This document shows positions 36,817 to 46,299 of a stretch of DNA of 64,000 nt, piece after piece. The position numbers were made by a program, and so were the translations under genes. Source of the stretch: Pseudomonadota bacterium (GTDB lineage: Bacteria; Pseudomonadota; Gammaproteobacteria; Steroidobacterales; Steroidobacteraceae); assembly GCA_039932715.1 (NCBI GenBank), contig JBDTPN010000007.1, forward strand, positions 19,503-83,502, read 5' to 3'. The number at the start of each line of letters is the position of its first letter. The first letter of the stretch is position 1. The notes under the pieces were generated by a model. That model did not search any database. It saw only the letters and a list, made by a program, of their open reading frames with translations, and was not told the origin of the DNA.

Positions 36817-37874
36817 GACTGGTCCTTCACCGCCTCGAACCGGCCCTTGCTGATGGCTTTCTTGTAGGCCTCCGAGCCGCTGATGATGCGCTGGTCGAGC
36901 AGCGCCTGGATGGAGCTGTCCATGGTGCGCATGCCGTTCTGCGCGCCGGACTGCATCGCGTTCTCCAGCTGGTCGAGCTTGCCCTGGCGGATCAGGTTGG
37001 CCGTGGCCGGTGTGTTGACCAGGATTTCCAGCGCTGCCACGCGTCCAGATTTGTCGGCCCGCTGCAGCAATTGCTGCGAGACCACGCCGCGCAGTGAAGT
37101 CGACAGCATGGTGCGCACATGCGACTGCTTGTCGGAGGGGAAGACGTTGATGATGCGATCGACCGTGGGCGCCGCGCCATTGGTATGCAGGGTGCCCATG
37201 ACGAGGATGCCCATTTCCGCGGCGGTCACGGCTATGCCGATGGTTTCAAGGTCGCGCATTTCGCCCACCAGCACCACATCGGGATCCTCACGCAGCGCCG
37301 AGTGCAACGCCGACGCGAAGTTGGGCGCGTGTACGCCGATCTCGCGCTGGCTGATGAGGCAGTTGCGGCGCTGATGCACAAATTCGATGGGATCCTCCAC
37401 CGTGAGGATGTGTCCTTTCTCGCGCTTGTTGATGTCATCGATCATGGCCGCCAGCGTCGTAGACTTGCCTGAACCGGTCTTGCCCGTGACCAGGATCAGC
37501 CCGTTGTTGGCGCGTGCCAGCGTGCGCACCGCTTCGGGCAGCTTCAGCTCGTCCATGGTCAGGGCCTTGGAGGGAATGGCGCGAAACACCGCGCCCAAAC
37601 CGTTGAGCTGTCGCAACACGTTGACGCGGAACCGGCCCAGGTCGCCCAGCGTGTAGGCGAAATCCGCGCCGTCATGCGCCTCGAGTCTCTGCTGGGCCTT
37701 CATGGGCATGATTTCAAACAGCAGCTGGCGCACGAATTCCGCAGGCAGGGTCTCCGGCCGTAGCGGAGTCAGGTCGCCATTCACGCGGATCCGGGCCGGA
37801 TCACCAGCGATAAAGTGCAGGTCTGACCCGCGTCGCTGCAGTACATCGTTGAGGTATGAATCGATCTCGGCCAC
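36813..37874 (-). CDS. PilT-family hexameric ATPase, copy B (variant His box)
   Basis: Walker A GKTGSGKSTT, Asp box TVEDPIEF, Walker B DPDVVLVGEMRD, and a His box that reads EMGILVMGTLHT. GTG start 6 nt after the copy A stop. Confidence 0.85.
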   Translation of the reverse strand: MAEIDSYLNDVLQRRGSDLHFIAGDPARIRVNGDLTPLRPETLPAEFVRQLLFEIMPMKAQQRLEAHDGADFAYTLGDLGRFRVNVLRQLNGLGAVFRAIPSKALTMDELKLPEAVRTLARANNGLILVTGKTGSGKSTTLAAMIDDINKREKGHILTVEDPIEFVHQRRNCLISQREIGVHAPNFASALHSALREDPDVVLVGEMRDLETIGIAVTAAEMGILVMGTLHTNGAAPTVDRIINVFPSDKQSHVRTMLSTSLRGVVSQQLLQRADKSGRVAALEILVNTPATANLIRQGKLDQLENAMQSGAQNGMRTMDSSIQALLDQRIISGSEAYKKAISKGRFEAVKDQS

Positions 37875-37880
37875 GGGCGA

Positions 37881-38981
37881 CTAACCTGATCCGGGTGCTG
37901 CGTCGAGCTTGGGAACCAGCGATGTATCGGTGACGAATTTCTGCAGCGCCTTTTTGTCCGTGGCGTAGAGATAGGCGTCGTCAGGATCGATCTCGCGCGC
38001 CTGGACTGCGGCCAGCAGCGCCTGGTCCAGCACCTGCATGCCGAACTCGCGGCCCATCAGCAGCTGGCTGGGTACCTGGTGTGTCTGGTCGGTCTGGATG
38101 AGTTTGGCAATCGCCTTGGTCATCACCATGACTTCGCAGATGGCCTTGCGACCCTGGCCGTCACCGGTCTTCACCAGCACCTGCGTGATCACTGCCAGCA
38201 GGCTCTGCGAGAGAAAGCTCTTGGTCTGTTCGCGCTCTTCTATAGGCAATGCGTCGATGATGCGATCGATGGTCTTGACCGCGCCGGTGGTATGCAGTGT
38301 GCCCAGCACCAGGTGGCCGGTCTCCGCCGCCGTCATGGCCATGGAGATGGTCTCGGCGTCGCGCATTTCTCCTACCAGTATCACGTCCGGGTCTTCGCGC
38401 ATTGCCGCGCGCAGGCCTTCGGCAAAACTGGGCAGGTGCGTGCCCAGTTCGCGCTGTATGACCTGGCAGGTCTTGCTGCGATGGACGAACTCAATGGGAT
38501 CCTCAAGGCTGATAATGTTGAGGCGCCTGGTGGTGTTGAGCAGGTCGATCATCGCGGCCAGCGTCGTCGACTTGCCGGACCCGGTGGCGCCCGTCACCAG
38601 GATCATTCCCTGGTGGTAGTCGCACAATTTCCTGACCACCGGCGGCAGGCCCAGCTTGTCGAGAGTGGGCACTTCAGTAGGGATGGCACGGAACACCGCG
38701 CCGATCCCGGAATCCTTGCGAAATACGTTGACGCGAAAGCGCCCGCCCTCGGAGGAGACATAGGAGAAGTCGGCGTCATGGCCCTGCGAGAAGCGGGCGG
38801 CCTGCGAAGTGGGGATGATTTCCGAGATATAGCCTTCGAGCTCGGTGTCGCGCAGGTCACGGAACTTGATGGGCAGCAGTTCGCCATACATGCGCAGCAT
38901 GGGTGGCACGCCCACGGCGAGGTGTATGTCCGAGCAGCCCTGCTGCGTGCCGAGCTTCAAGAATGCGTCAATGCGGGCCAT
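37881..38981 (-). CDS. PilT-family hexameric ATPase, copy A
   Basis: N-terminal GCSDIHLAVGVPPMLRMYGEL, Walker A GATGSGKSTT, SLEDPIEF, DPDVILVGEMRD, and a canonical His box ETGHLVLGTLHT. ATG 16 nt after the kinase stop. Confidence 0.85.
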   Translation of the reverse strand: MARIDAFLKLGTQQGCSDIHLAVGVPPMLRMYGELLPIKFRDLRDTELEGYISEIIPTSQAARFSQGHDADFSYVSSEGGRFRVNVFRKDSGIGAVFRAIPTEVPTLDKLGLPPVVRKLCDYHQGMILVTGATGSGKSTTLAAMIDLLNTTRRLNIISLEDPIEFVHRSKTCQVIQRELGTHLPSFAEGLRAAMREDPDVILVGEMRDAETISMAMTAAETGHLVLGTLHTTGAVKTIDRIIDALPIEEREQTKSFLSQSLLAVITQVLVKTGDGQGRKAICEVMVMTKAIAKLIQTDQTHQVPSQLLMGREFGMQVLDQALLAAVQAREIDPDDAYLYATDKKALQKFVTDTSLVPKLDAAPGSG

Positions 38982-38997
38982 GGAACGTTAGTCTACG

Positions 38998-41433
38998 TTA
39001 TGCGAAGCGTTCCAGCGCGACCCGCATTTCTTCCATGCTCTGGAAGCGCTTGGCCTTGTCGACGGCCATGGCCTTCATGATCAGGTCCGCCAGGCCGGTA
39101 GGCAGGTTGGGATTGATTTCCAGCGGCGGTCGGGCCTTGCCCTGGACATGCTGGTACATCACGGCCATGTGATCGCCACGCGAATACGGCGGCACGCCGG
39201 TGAACATCTCGTACATGATCACGCCGATGGCATAGACGTCCGCGCGTTCGTCCACCTTGCGGCCCAGGATTTGTTCCGGGGCCATGTATTTGGGCGACCC
39301 GATCACGTAGCCGGTCTTGGTCAGCTGCGTGTCGCCCTCGCGATGGGCGGCGGCCACGCCGAAATCCACGATCTTAAGCAGACCATCGGCGTTAATGAGA
39401 ATGTTGGCCGGCTTGAGGTCGCGATGCACGATGCCGACCTTGTGGGCCACCGTCATGCCCTTGCACATATCCATGCTGAAGCGCACCGCGCGTTTGGTCT
39501 CGACCGGTTTTTCGTTGACGACTTCCGCACCCAGCGTGTGGGACTGGAAATACTCCATCGAAATGGCGTAGTTGCCCTGAATATGCAGGAAGTCGTAGAT
39601 GCGGATGACGTTCTGGTGCGTGATTTTGCGCGAGTAGCGCAGCTCGTGCACGAACCGCTTCATCATCTCCTCGTCTTCTGAGACATTGGGGTTTAGGAAC
39701 TTGAGGATCAGGCGATCGTCCACCACCGTGTCTTCCATCAGCAGCACGGTGCCGAAGGCGCCCTTGCCGATCTTGTCGATGAACTTGTAGCGACCCTCGA
39801 TCATGTCGCCCTTCTTGAGGGTGCCTATGTCGAGCTTGATGGGCGTGCCCTGGTCGACCTGGCGCAGCATGGGCTTGAGCTCGGCCTCCTCCATCGGCAC
39901 AGGTCGTGAAGGCTCGCCGGCACGCGTGCCCGAGGCGCCTGCTGCGACGGTCTGGGAGCCACTTGCTGCGCCGCTGATCGACGGGCGCCCCGTGGCTTCG
40001 CCCGACATGCGCAGCGCCAGTTCCTTGAGGCCGGCCCCTGCAGCCTTGGCGATGGTTTCTTCCTGGCTCTGCGCCTGCGCCTGCAGTTGCAGGCGCACGT
40101 GTTCGGCACGTTTCTCGTCGCTGACGCGCGCCAGCGCCTGGATGACTTCAACGCGGATCTCTTTTTCGGCGCGCGACAGCAGCGGCAGCAGCAATTCCAC
40201 CTGGCGTGCATCGCCCAGCTTGCCGATGGCGTGCACCACAATAGGCAGCGAGCGGGCCGGCGTGTTCTGCAACATCTCGGTGAGGCGCGGCAATGCGCGC
40301 TTGCTGCCAATGTCGGCCAGCGCGTCCACGGCGCGCTCGCTGACCCACCAGTCCGGATCGCGGGTGGCATCAATCAGGCTGTTGACTGCGCGTTCATCCT
40401 TGGTCTGGTTGAGGATCTCGATGGCGGCGCGACGGATGTTGTCGTCCCGGTCGCGAACCAGTTCCAGCACCGCATCGATGACCTTGGGGCCGCCAATCTT
40501 GCCCAGCGCGTCGCCCGCGCGACTACGCACCCACCAGTCGTCGTCCTTGATGGCCTCCAGCAGGAACTTGACTGATTTGGGATCGCCGATCTCGTTGAGC
40601 ACTTCCACTGCCGCGCGGCGCGCAAACTCGTTTTCGTCCTTGAGCACATCGATCAGGTAACGGATGGTGTCCGGATCGTTGGCACGGATCAGCACGTCGA
40701 TGGCGCGATTCTGCACATCGATTTCGCTGTCACGCAGCAGCAGGCAGATGGCGGGAATATCCACCGGCCCTTCCATGCGCGACAGCGCAGCCAGCGCCGA
40801 CGAACGTATCATCCGGTTGTTGTCACGCAGCTGGGCGACCAGCGCCGCCTTGACCTCAGGCTTGCTGAAACGCGACAGGATATTGATGATGTGCATGCGC
40901 GCGATCGGGTCCTTGCCCTCGACGCGGCTGAGCAATTCAGGGATAGCGTTGGCGTCGGCGACTTCGCCCACCACGCGAAACAATGCGGCCTTCTCGCTTG
41001 GCTCCTGCGCATAGGCGGCGGTGAGCAGTTCGCGCACGTTGAACCGGTCACGCTGGGCATGGATGGCGTCCATCAGCGCCGATTTGGCCATGCCCTTGAC
41101 GCTCAGGGCATCCAGCAACAGTCCCGGTGCGTAGTTACGACTGCTGCTGAGCGCCCAGCCGATACCGGCGGCAATGCGCGGCCCGCCATCGCACAGGCCC
41201 TGCACGAACTGCGGGAAGGTCTTGTTGGACACCAGCGTGGACAGCACGTCCACCAGTGCCACCGTGGCATTCTTGTCGGCGTCGGCCAGGGCCTGGATGG
41301 TGGGATCAATGACCCCCGCGCCAAGGCTCTTGAGGGCGGCCACGGCCTTCAGTGTTTCGGCACCCAGAGGCTCGTTGCTCGACTTGATCTGGACGATCAG
41401 CCGGTCAGACCGCAGATTCGTGAAAAAACCCAT
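38998..41433 (-). CDS. HEAT-repeat (PBS-lyase type) protein with C-terminal Hanks-type Ser/Thr protein kinase domain
   Basis: About 480 aa of repeated D.D..VR..A...L..IGD..A HEAT-like units, then a low-complexity linker. The kinase carries GKGAFGTV, an invariant Lys (LILKF), HRDLKPANILI, DFGVA and GSPKYMAPE. Confidence 0.85.
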   Translation of the reverse strand: MGFFTNLRSDRLIVQIKSSNEPLGAETLKAVAALKSLGAGVIDPTIQALADADKNATVALVDVLSTLVSNKTFPQFVQGLCDGGPRIAAGIGWALSSSRNYAPGLLLDALSVKGMAKSALMDAIHAQRDRFNVRELLTAAYAQEPSEKAALFRVVGEVADANAIPELLSRVEGKDPIARMHIINILSRFSKPEVKAALVAQLRDNNRMIRSSALAALSRMEGPVDIPAICLLLRDSEIDVQNRAIDVLIRANDPDTIRYLIDVLKDENEFARRAAVEVLNEIGDPKSVKFLLEAIKDDDWWVRSRAGDALGKIGGPKVIDAVLELVRDRDDNIRRAAIEILNQTKDERAVNSLIDATRDPDWWVSERAVDALADIGSKRALPRLTEMLQNTPARSLPIVVHAIGKLGDARQVELLLPLLSRAEKEIRVEVIQALARVSDEKRAEHVRLQLQAQAQSQEETIAKAAGAGLKELALRMSGEATGRPSISGAASGSQTVAAGASGTRAGEPSRPVPMEEAELKPMLRQVDQGTPIKLDIGTLKKGDMIEGRYKFIDKIGKGAFGTVLLMEDTVVDDRLILKFLNPNVSEDEEMMKRFVHELRYSRKITHQNVIRIYDFLHIQGNYAISMEYFQSHTLGAEVVNEKPVETKRAVRFSMDMCKGMTVAHKVGIVHRDLKPANILINADGLLKIVDFGVAAAHREGDTQLTKTGYVIGSPKYMAPEQILGRKVDERADVYAIGVIMYEMFTGVPPYSRGDHMAVMYQHVQGKARPPLEINPNLPTGLADLIMKAMAVDKAKRFQSMEEMRVALERFA

Positions 41434-41539
41434 TACTGCATGTGGCCATTGGCTGTGCGTACAACCGTTAAATTATGCCATACGGGCCTCTGGCGACGCG
41501 TGAACCGTGTCGCTCGCTGCTAGAATCGGACCTCTTTTC

Positions 41540-42643
41540 ATGAGTGAACCTGTGGCACAAATGGCCGGAATCCGGGCTGCAATCGAGCAGTACCAGGACC
41601 CATGGATTGGACAGACGCTGGGCGCGTTGGGGGCCATCTCGTTTCTTGACGCAGATCACACCCAGATCAAGGCCGGCATCCGCCTGCCGGTGCCGGTAGG
41701 CGGCTATGAGGCGGAACTGGCTGCCGCCCTGGCAAACCACCTGCGCGCGGCCGGGTTTGCGCAAAGCCTTTCGCTGGACCTGCAAGCCGTCATCGTGGCC
41801 CATGCAGTGCAAAAACCGCTGAAGCCACTGCCTGGCATCCGCAATATCGTAGCCGTGGGCTCGGCCAAGGGTGGGGTGGGCAAGTCCACGGTGGCGGTCA
41901 ACCTGGCGCTGGCCTGGGCTGCCATGGGCGCAAAAGTGGGCATGCTGGACGCCGATATCTATGGGCCCAGCCAGCCCACCATGTTGGGCCTGGGCCGCCA
42001 GCGGCCAACCGCCATAGAAGACAAACGCATCCGTCCGCTGGAGGCATTCGGCGTCAAGGCCATGTCCATCGGGTTCCTCATTGATCCGGATCAGCCCGCA
42101 ATCTGGCGCGGGCCCATGGTGACCCAGGCGCTGACCCAGTTGCTGGGCGAGACCGAATGGGGAGATCTGGACTACCTGGTCATCGACATGCCGCCCGGAA
42201 CAGGTGACCTGCAGCTGACACTGGCGCAGCGCGTGCCCGTGGCCGGCGCGATTATCGTGACCACGCCGCAGGAAATCGCGGTGGCCGACGCGCGCAAGGG
42301 ATTGCGCATGTTCGAGAAGGTGCTGGTGCCGGTGCTGGGCATCGTCGAGAACATGAGCACGCATCACTGCACCAACTGTGGCCATGAGGACGCAATCTTC
42401 GGTACCGGTGGGGGTGAAGCCCTGGCCGCCGAATCCGGCACGCGACTGCTGGGCAGGTTGCCCCTGGACACACGCATCCGCATCGAGGCTGACGCCGGCA
42501 CGCCGTCGGTAGTGGCCGCGGCCGACTCGCCGCGCGGCATTGCCTATCGCGACCTGGCGCGTCATGCCGCCGGCGCGCTGGCATGCCGCCCCCGTGATCG
42601 CAGTTCCGCGTTTCCTGAAATCGTCGTCGAGAGAGCTTCATGA
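41540..42643 (+). CDS. apbC: Iron-sulfur cluster carrier ATPase (Mrp/NBP35 family)
   Basis: Start at ATG 41540. Deviant Walker [12 protein letters not shown] and the CXXC cluster-binding motif (HHCTNCGH). Divergent from the metG operon, as in E. coli. Confidence 0.9.
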   Translation: MSEPVAQMAGIRAAIEQYQDPWIGQTLGALGAISFLDADHTQIKAGIRLPVPVGGYEAELAAALANHLRAAGFAQSLSLDLQAVIVAHAVQKPLKPLPGIRNIVAVGSAKGGVGKSTVAVNLALAWAAMGAKVGMLDADIYGPSQPTMLGLGRQRPTAIEDKRIRPLEAFGVKAMSIGFLIDPDQPAIWRGPMVTQALTQLLGETEWGDLDYLVIDMPPGTGDLQLTLAQRVPVAGAIIVTTPQEIAVADARKGLRMFEKVLVPVLGIVENMSTHHCTNCGHEDAIFGTGGGEALAAESGTRLLGRLPLDTRIRIEADAGTPSVVAAADSPRGIAYRDLARHAAGALACRPRDRSSAFPEIVVERAS

Positions 42644-43206
42644 CCATCAAGTCCGACAACTGGATCCGTCGCATGGCCGCATCCGGCGCAATGATCGAGC
42701 CCTTTGAGCCGGGACAGGTGCGCGAGGCCAATGGCACGCGCATAGTTTCCTACGGCACGTCCAGCTACGGTTACGACGTGCGCTGTGCGCGCGAATTCAA
42801 GATATTCACCAACATCAACAGCACCATTGTCGACCCGAAGAACTTCGATCCGCAGAGCTTCGTGGATGTGGCGTCGGACGTGTGCATCATTCCGCCCAAT
42901 TCATTCGCGCTGGCGCGGACGGTGGAATATTTCCGCATCCCACGTAATGTGCTGGTGGTGTGCCTGGGCAAATCCACTTACGCGCGCTGCGGCATCATCG
43001 TCAACGTCACGCCGCTGGAGCCCGAGTGGGAAGGGCATGTGACGCTGGAGTTCTCGAACACCACGCCGCTGCCGGCAAAGATCTATGCCAATGAAGGGGT
43101 GGCGCAGATGCTGTTCTTCGAATCGGACGAGGTGTGCAGCACTTCTTACCGCGACCGCGGCGGCAAATACCAGGGTCAGAAAGGCGTGACCTTGCCGAAA
43201 GCTTAA
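42640..43206 (+). CDS. dcd: dCTP deaminase
   Basis: Collinear with E. coli Dcd ([43 protein letters not shown], ...[12 protein letters not shown]). ATGA overlap with apbC. Confidence 0.95.
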   Translation: MTIKSDNWIRRMAASGAMIEPFEPGQVREANGTRIVSYGTSSYGYDVRCAREFKIFTNINSTIVDPKNFDPQSFVDVASDVCIIPPNSFALARTVEYFRIPRNVLVVCLGKSTYARCGIIVNVTPLEPEWEGHVTLEFSNTTPLPAKIYANEGVAQMLFFESDEVCSTSYRDRGGKYQGQKGVTLPKA

Positions 43207-43302
43207 GCTTCTAACGGCGTGGGTCAGAAAGGCGTGACCTTGCCGAAAGCTTAAGCTTCTAACGGCGTGGGTCAGAAAGGCGTTACGCTTCCCAAAGCCT
43301 GA
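43173..43302 (+). repeat. Tandem 48-bp repeat (2 identical copies plus 1 diverged partial copy) duplicating the 3' end of dcd
   Basis: 43173-43220 and 43221-43268 are identical. 43269-43302 shares the first 15 nt and then encodes the same [10 protein letters not shown]-stop with synonymous changes. Each full unit contains the 12-bp palindrome AAGCTTAAGCTT. Confidence 0.95.
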
Positions 43303-43304
43303 AC

Positions 43305-44021
43305 TCAGGTTCCGCCCACTTTGGCGCTTTCCAGGGTCATGGACCATTCCACGCTGGTGCCACTGCGCCGCTCTACCTTCACCGGAAGAAAGCCCAGCTG
43401 CGGATCACACCAGAACCACGTGCCGTGTGGTGAGTCGGGGCGACCACTGCGATAGATGATGGTCTGGCTAACACCCAGTGGTGTCTTGATGGAGGCAGTG
43501 CCTTCCTCGGAATACACGTATTCCTTGATCTTGGTCTTGTCCACCATCAGCACGCGCGTCGGCGCCTGCCCGGCAAGCAGCGCATGCATCAGGGACACCT
43601 GGATGGACATTCCATCCTGCAGGCCGGACTGCGTTGGCAGGTCCACTGGCTGCTTCTCGGCGGTGCCGGTCACGCGCCCACGTTCCCAATCGAAAACCAG
43701 GTCCTGGTCGCGGCGCTGGCTGTCGGTGCCATCGTCGCCGGTGAAGTGCTCGGGAAAGATCTGGCCGTTGCGAATGGAGAAAACGCTGCGGGATTTGAGT
43801 TCCGCGGGCAGCGCCAGCCGGAACAGGCCCTGCGCATCGCTTCGCGACGAATAAGACCAGCGACCGTCCGGCAGCTTTTGCAATTCGAGCTTGCTGCGAC
43901 CCGCCGACATGCCGTGCCACATGACATTGAAGCTGACGCTGAACGGCTGCAATTCAGCCGCGTACACCGGCGGTACCAGTGCTGCGGACAGTGCGATCAA
44001 GCCGGCGAAATGTTTGAACAT
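43305..44021 (-). CDS. DUF3108-family secreted/outer-membrane protein
   Basis: Start at ATG 44021 gives the signal peptide MFKHFAGLIALSAALVPPVYA. Beta-rich sequence. Its position directly downstream of purN matches the DUF3108 gene next to purN in Pseudomonas and Xanthomonadales (from memory). Confidence 0.7.
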   Translation of the reverse strand: MFKHFAGLIALSAALVPPVYAAELQPFSVSFNVMWHGMSAGRSKLELQKLPDGRWSYSSRSDAQGLFRLALPAELKSRSVFSIRNGQIFPEHFTGDDGTDSQRRDQDLVFDWERGRVTGTAEKQPVDLPTQSGLQDGMSIQVSLMHALLAGQAPTRVLMVDKTKIKEYVYSEEGTASIKTPLGVSQTIIYRSGRPDSPHGTWFWCDPQLGFLPVKVERRSGTSVEWSMTLESAKVGGT

Positions 44022-44023
44022 GA

Positions 44024-44638
44024 TTACAGCGCAGTGCCATCCAGGGTTGGCGAACCGTCGTTCCATTCCAGGCGTCGGTCGGCCATCCAGCCGATCACCT
44101 GCGGGTAGATGATGTGCTCAATCGCATGAACGCGGGCTGAAAGTGTCTCCGCATCATCACCGGGCAGCACCGGTACGCGTCGCTGCAGCACCACCGGGCC
44201 GCCGTCGAGCTGGGCAGTGACAAAGTGCACGCTCGCGCCGTGTTCGGCATCCCCTGCTGCCAGTGCCCGGGCGTGCGTGTCCAGGCCTTTGTGGTGGGGC
44301 AGCAGCGAGGGATGGATGTTGAGCAGTCGGCCGGCGTAACGCGACACAAATCCTGCGGACAGCACGCGCATGAAGCCTGCCAGCACCACCAGCGTGGCCT
44401 GGCTGGCATCGATGGCAGCGGCCAGCGCGGACTCGAATACAGTGCGATCGGCTGCACTGTCAACCACCTGCGTGGCCAGGCCCAGCGCGCGCGCGCGCTG
44501 CAGTCCGGCCGCGGCGGGTTGATCGGAAATCACCACTGCGACGTCGGCGGCGATCTGCCCGGCGGCGCAGGCCCTGGCGATGGCCAGCATGTTGGTTCCG
44601 GTTCCGGAAATCAGGATGGCGAGCCGCAAGCGCTCCAT
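44024..44638 (-). CDS. purN: Phosphoribosylglycinamide formyltransferase
   Basis: Start at ATG 44638 (MERLRLAILISGTGTNMLAI). Motifs LAGFMRVL, NIHPSLLP and the C-terminal folate-binding region. An alternative ATG lies at 44656. Confidence 0.9.
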   Translation of the reverse strand: MERLRLAILISGTGTNMLAIARACAAGQIAADVAVVISDQPAAAGLQRARALGLATQVVDSAADRTVFESALAAAIDASQATLVVLAGFMRVLSAGFVSRYAGRLLNIHPSLLPHHKGLDTHARALAAGDAEHGASVHFVTAQLDGGPVVLQRRVPVLPGDDAETLSARVHAIEHIIYPQVIGWMADRRLEWNDGSPTLDGTAL

Positions 44639-44658
44639 GCTGCCTGGGCGGGGCATCC

Positions 44659-45687
44659 CTAACTGATGACGACGCCGGCAGTTCCGGCCCGGATTTCGCC
44701 TATGAAGGTGGCACGTTCGCCCTGCGACGTCAGTAGTTGCACAGACTGCTGCACGTGTTGTGGGGGAACAATGACCACCATGCCGATGCCGCAATTGAAC
44801 GTGCGATGCATCTCGGCTGCAGCAATGCGTCCGGTGGCGGCCAGCCATTCGAATACCGGGTCGCGATGCCATTGATCGCGATGCAGTTCCGCCTGCAGCC
44901 CTTCGGGCAATACGCGCGGAATGTTGTCGGTGAGTCCGCCGCCGGTGATATGGGCAAACGCGGAAACCGGCACGGCTGCAGCCAGCGCCAGCATCGACTT
45001 CACATAGATGCGCGTGGGTTCGAGCAGGCGGTCGAACAGCAGCTTGCCCTCGACCAGGGTCTTGTCGTCGGCGCCGGCGACCTCAAGCAGCTTGCGAACC
45101 AGCGAATAGCCGTTGGAATGCACTCCCGAAGAGGCCAGCCCGATGATGGCGTCTCCCGCACGCACGCGGGTGCCGTCGATGACGCCGCTGCGTTCGACAA
45201 CGCCTACGCAGAAGCCGGCCAGATCGTAGTCACCGCCGTGATACATGCCGGGCATCTCGGCAGTCTCGCCGCCCACCAGCGCGCAACCGGCCTGCACACA
45301 GCCTTCGGCAATACCACCGATCACAGCGGTGGCCACTTCGACGGAAAGCTTGCCGGTGGCGTAGTAATCGAGGAAGAACAGGGGCTCTGCGCCTTGCACC
45401 GCCACGTCGTTGACGCACATGGCCACCAGGTCGATGCCGATGCGATCATGGCGACCGGTGTCTATGGCCAGGCGCAGTTTGGTGCCCACGCCATCGGTGC
45501 CGGACACCAGCACCGGCTCGCGATAACGCTGCGGCAGGCTTACCAGGGCGCCGAAACCCCCGACGCCGGCCAGCACTTCCGGGCGTTGCGTGCGGCGGAC
45601 CAACGGTTTAATGCGCTCAACCAGTTCATCGCCGGCATCGATATCGACGCCAGCGTCACGATAAGTCAGGCCACGGGAGTCTTGCAT
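44659..45687 (-). CDS. purM: Phosphoribosylformylglycinamidine cyclo-ligase (AIR synthetase)
   Basis: Start at ATG 45687 ([19 protein letters not shown]). [19 protein letters not shown] and TFNCGIGMV motifs. Confidence 0.95.
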   Translation of the reverse strand: MQDSRGLTYRDAGVDIDAGDELVERIKPLVRRTQRPEVLAGVGGFGALVSLPQRYREPVLVSGTDGVGTKLRLAIDTGRHDRIGIDLVAMCVNDVAVQGAEPLFFLDYYATGKLSVEVATAVIGGIAEGCVQAGCALVGGETAEMPGMYHGGDYDLAGFCVGVVERSGVIDGTRVRAGDAIIGLASSGVHSNGYSLVRKLLEVAGADDKTLVEGKLLFDRLLEPTRIYVKSMLALAAAVPVSAFAHITGGGLTDNIPRVLPEGLQAELHRDQWHRDPVFEWLAATGRIAAAEMHRTFNCGIGMVVIVPPQHVQQSVQLLTSQGERATFIGEIRAGTAGVVIS

Positions 45688-45759
45688 GCGGATGGGGTCT
45701 GGAGTGTCGGCCGCGGACAGGCTTAGGCTATTGTATAGGAGGCAGCCGGCTGCCGCGTC

Positions 45760-46299
45760 ATGCGCCATATACCCAACCTCATCTGCCTGTTCCGTATCGT
45801 CCTGATCTTCCCGCTGCTGCAGGCCATGCTGGCGGGTAACCAGGCGCACATCCTTGTGCTGTTCACCGTCGCTGCCGTGTCCGACGGCCTGGATGGTTAC
45901 CTCGCCAAGCGTTTTGGCTGGACCTCGGAACTGGGGCGGTTCCTGGATCCCATGGCCGACAAGCTGTTACTGGTTTCGGTATTCATCGTTGCCTCCTGGC
46001 TGGACATCGCGCCCTGGTGGGTGGCGGCCGTGGCGGCGGCTCGCGACCTTATGATCGCCGGGGGCGCGCTGATCTACCGGCTGTGGTTCGGGCCGGTGCG
46101 TGGGCGCCCCACTATCATCAGCAAGATCAACACCGGGGTGCAGATCAGCTACCTGCTTGCCGTCATCCTCGCCAGCGCCATTGGGCTGCCACCGCGCGAG
46201 GTACTCGACGCGCTGGCCGTAGTGGTGCTGGTGACCACGGTGGCCAGTGGCGTGGACTATGCGACGCGTTTCGTGCAGCGGGCGTTCGCACACGCATGA
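45760..46299 (+). CDS. CDP-alcohol phosphatidyltransferase family protein
   Basis: Signature DG(x)2AR(x)8G(x)3D(x)3D is present as [28 protein letters not shown]. Multi-pass membrane protein of 179 aa. Confidence 0.8.
   Translation: MRHIPNLICLFRIVLIFPLLQAMLAGNQAHILVLFTVAAVSDGLDGYLAKRFGWTSELGRFLDPMADKLLLVSVFIVASWLDIAPWWVAAVAAARDLMIAGGALIYRLWFGPVRGRPTIISKINTGVQISYLLAVILASAIGLPPREVLDALAVVVLVTTVASGVDYATRFVQRAFAHA

Noticed and set aside
36813-38981. Calling the two ATPases pilT and pilU outright
   Set aside because: Both resemble PilT more than PilU. No pilus genes are nearby, and only 64 kb of the genome is visible, so I use a family-level call without gene symbols.
39803-40660. 285-aa Ser-rich ORF antisense to the HEAT-repeat region of the kinase gene
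   Set aside because: It is a low-complexity reflection of the repetitive HEAT coding sequence. The minus strand carries the coherent repeat and kinase architecture.
43199-43210. AAGCTTAAGCTT palindrome considered as a terminator hairpin for dcd
   Set aside because: It is a 12-bp AT-rich perfect palindrome with no loop and no following U-tract, so it would not form a stable intrinsic terminator. It is kept only as a remarkable element of the repeat unit.
42901-43347. 148-aa minus-strand ORF with an internal peptide repeat ([16 protein letters not shown] twice)
   Set aside because: The peptide repeat is just the reverse translation of the 48-bp tandem repeat after dcd. The ORF overlaps the dcd coding sequence and lacks any start signal.
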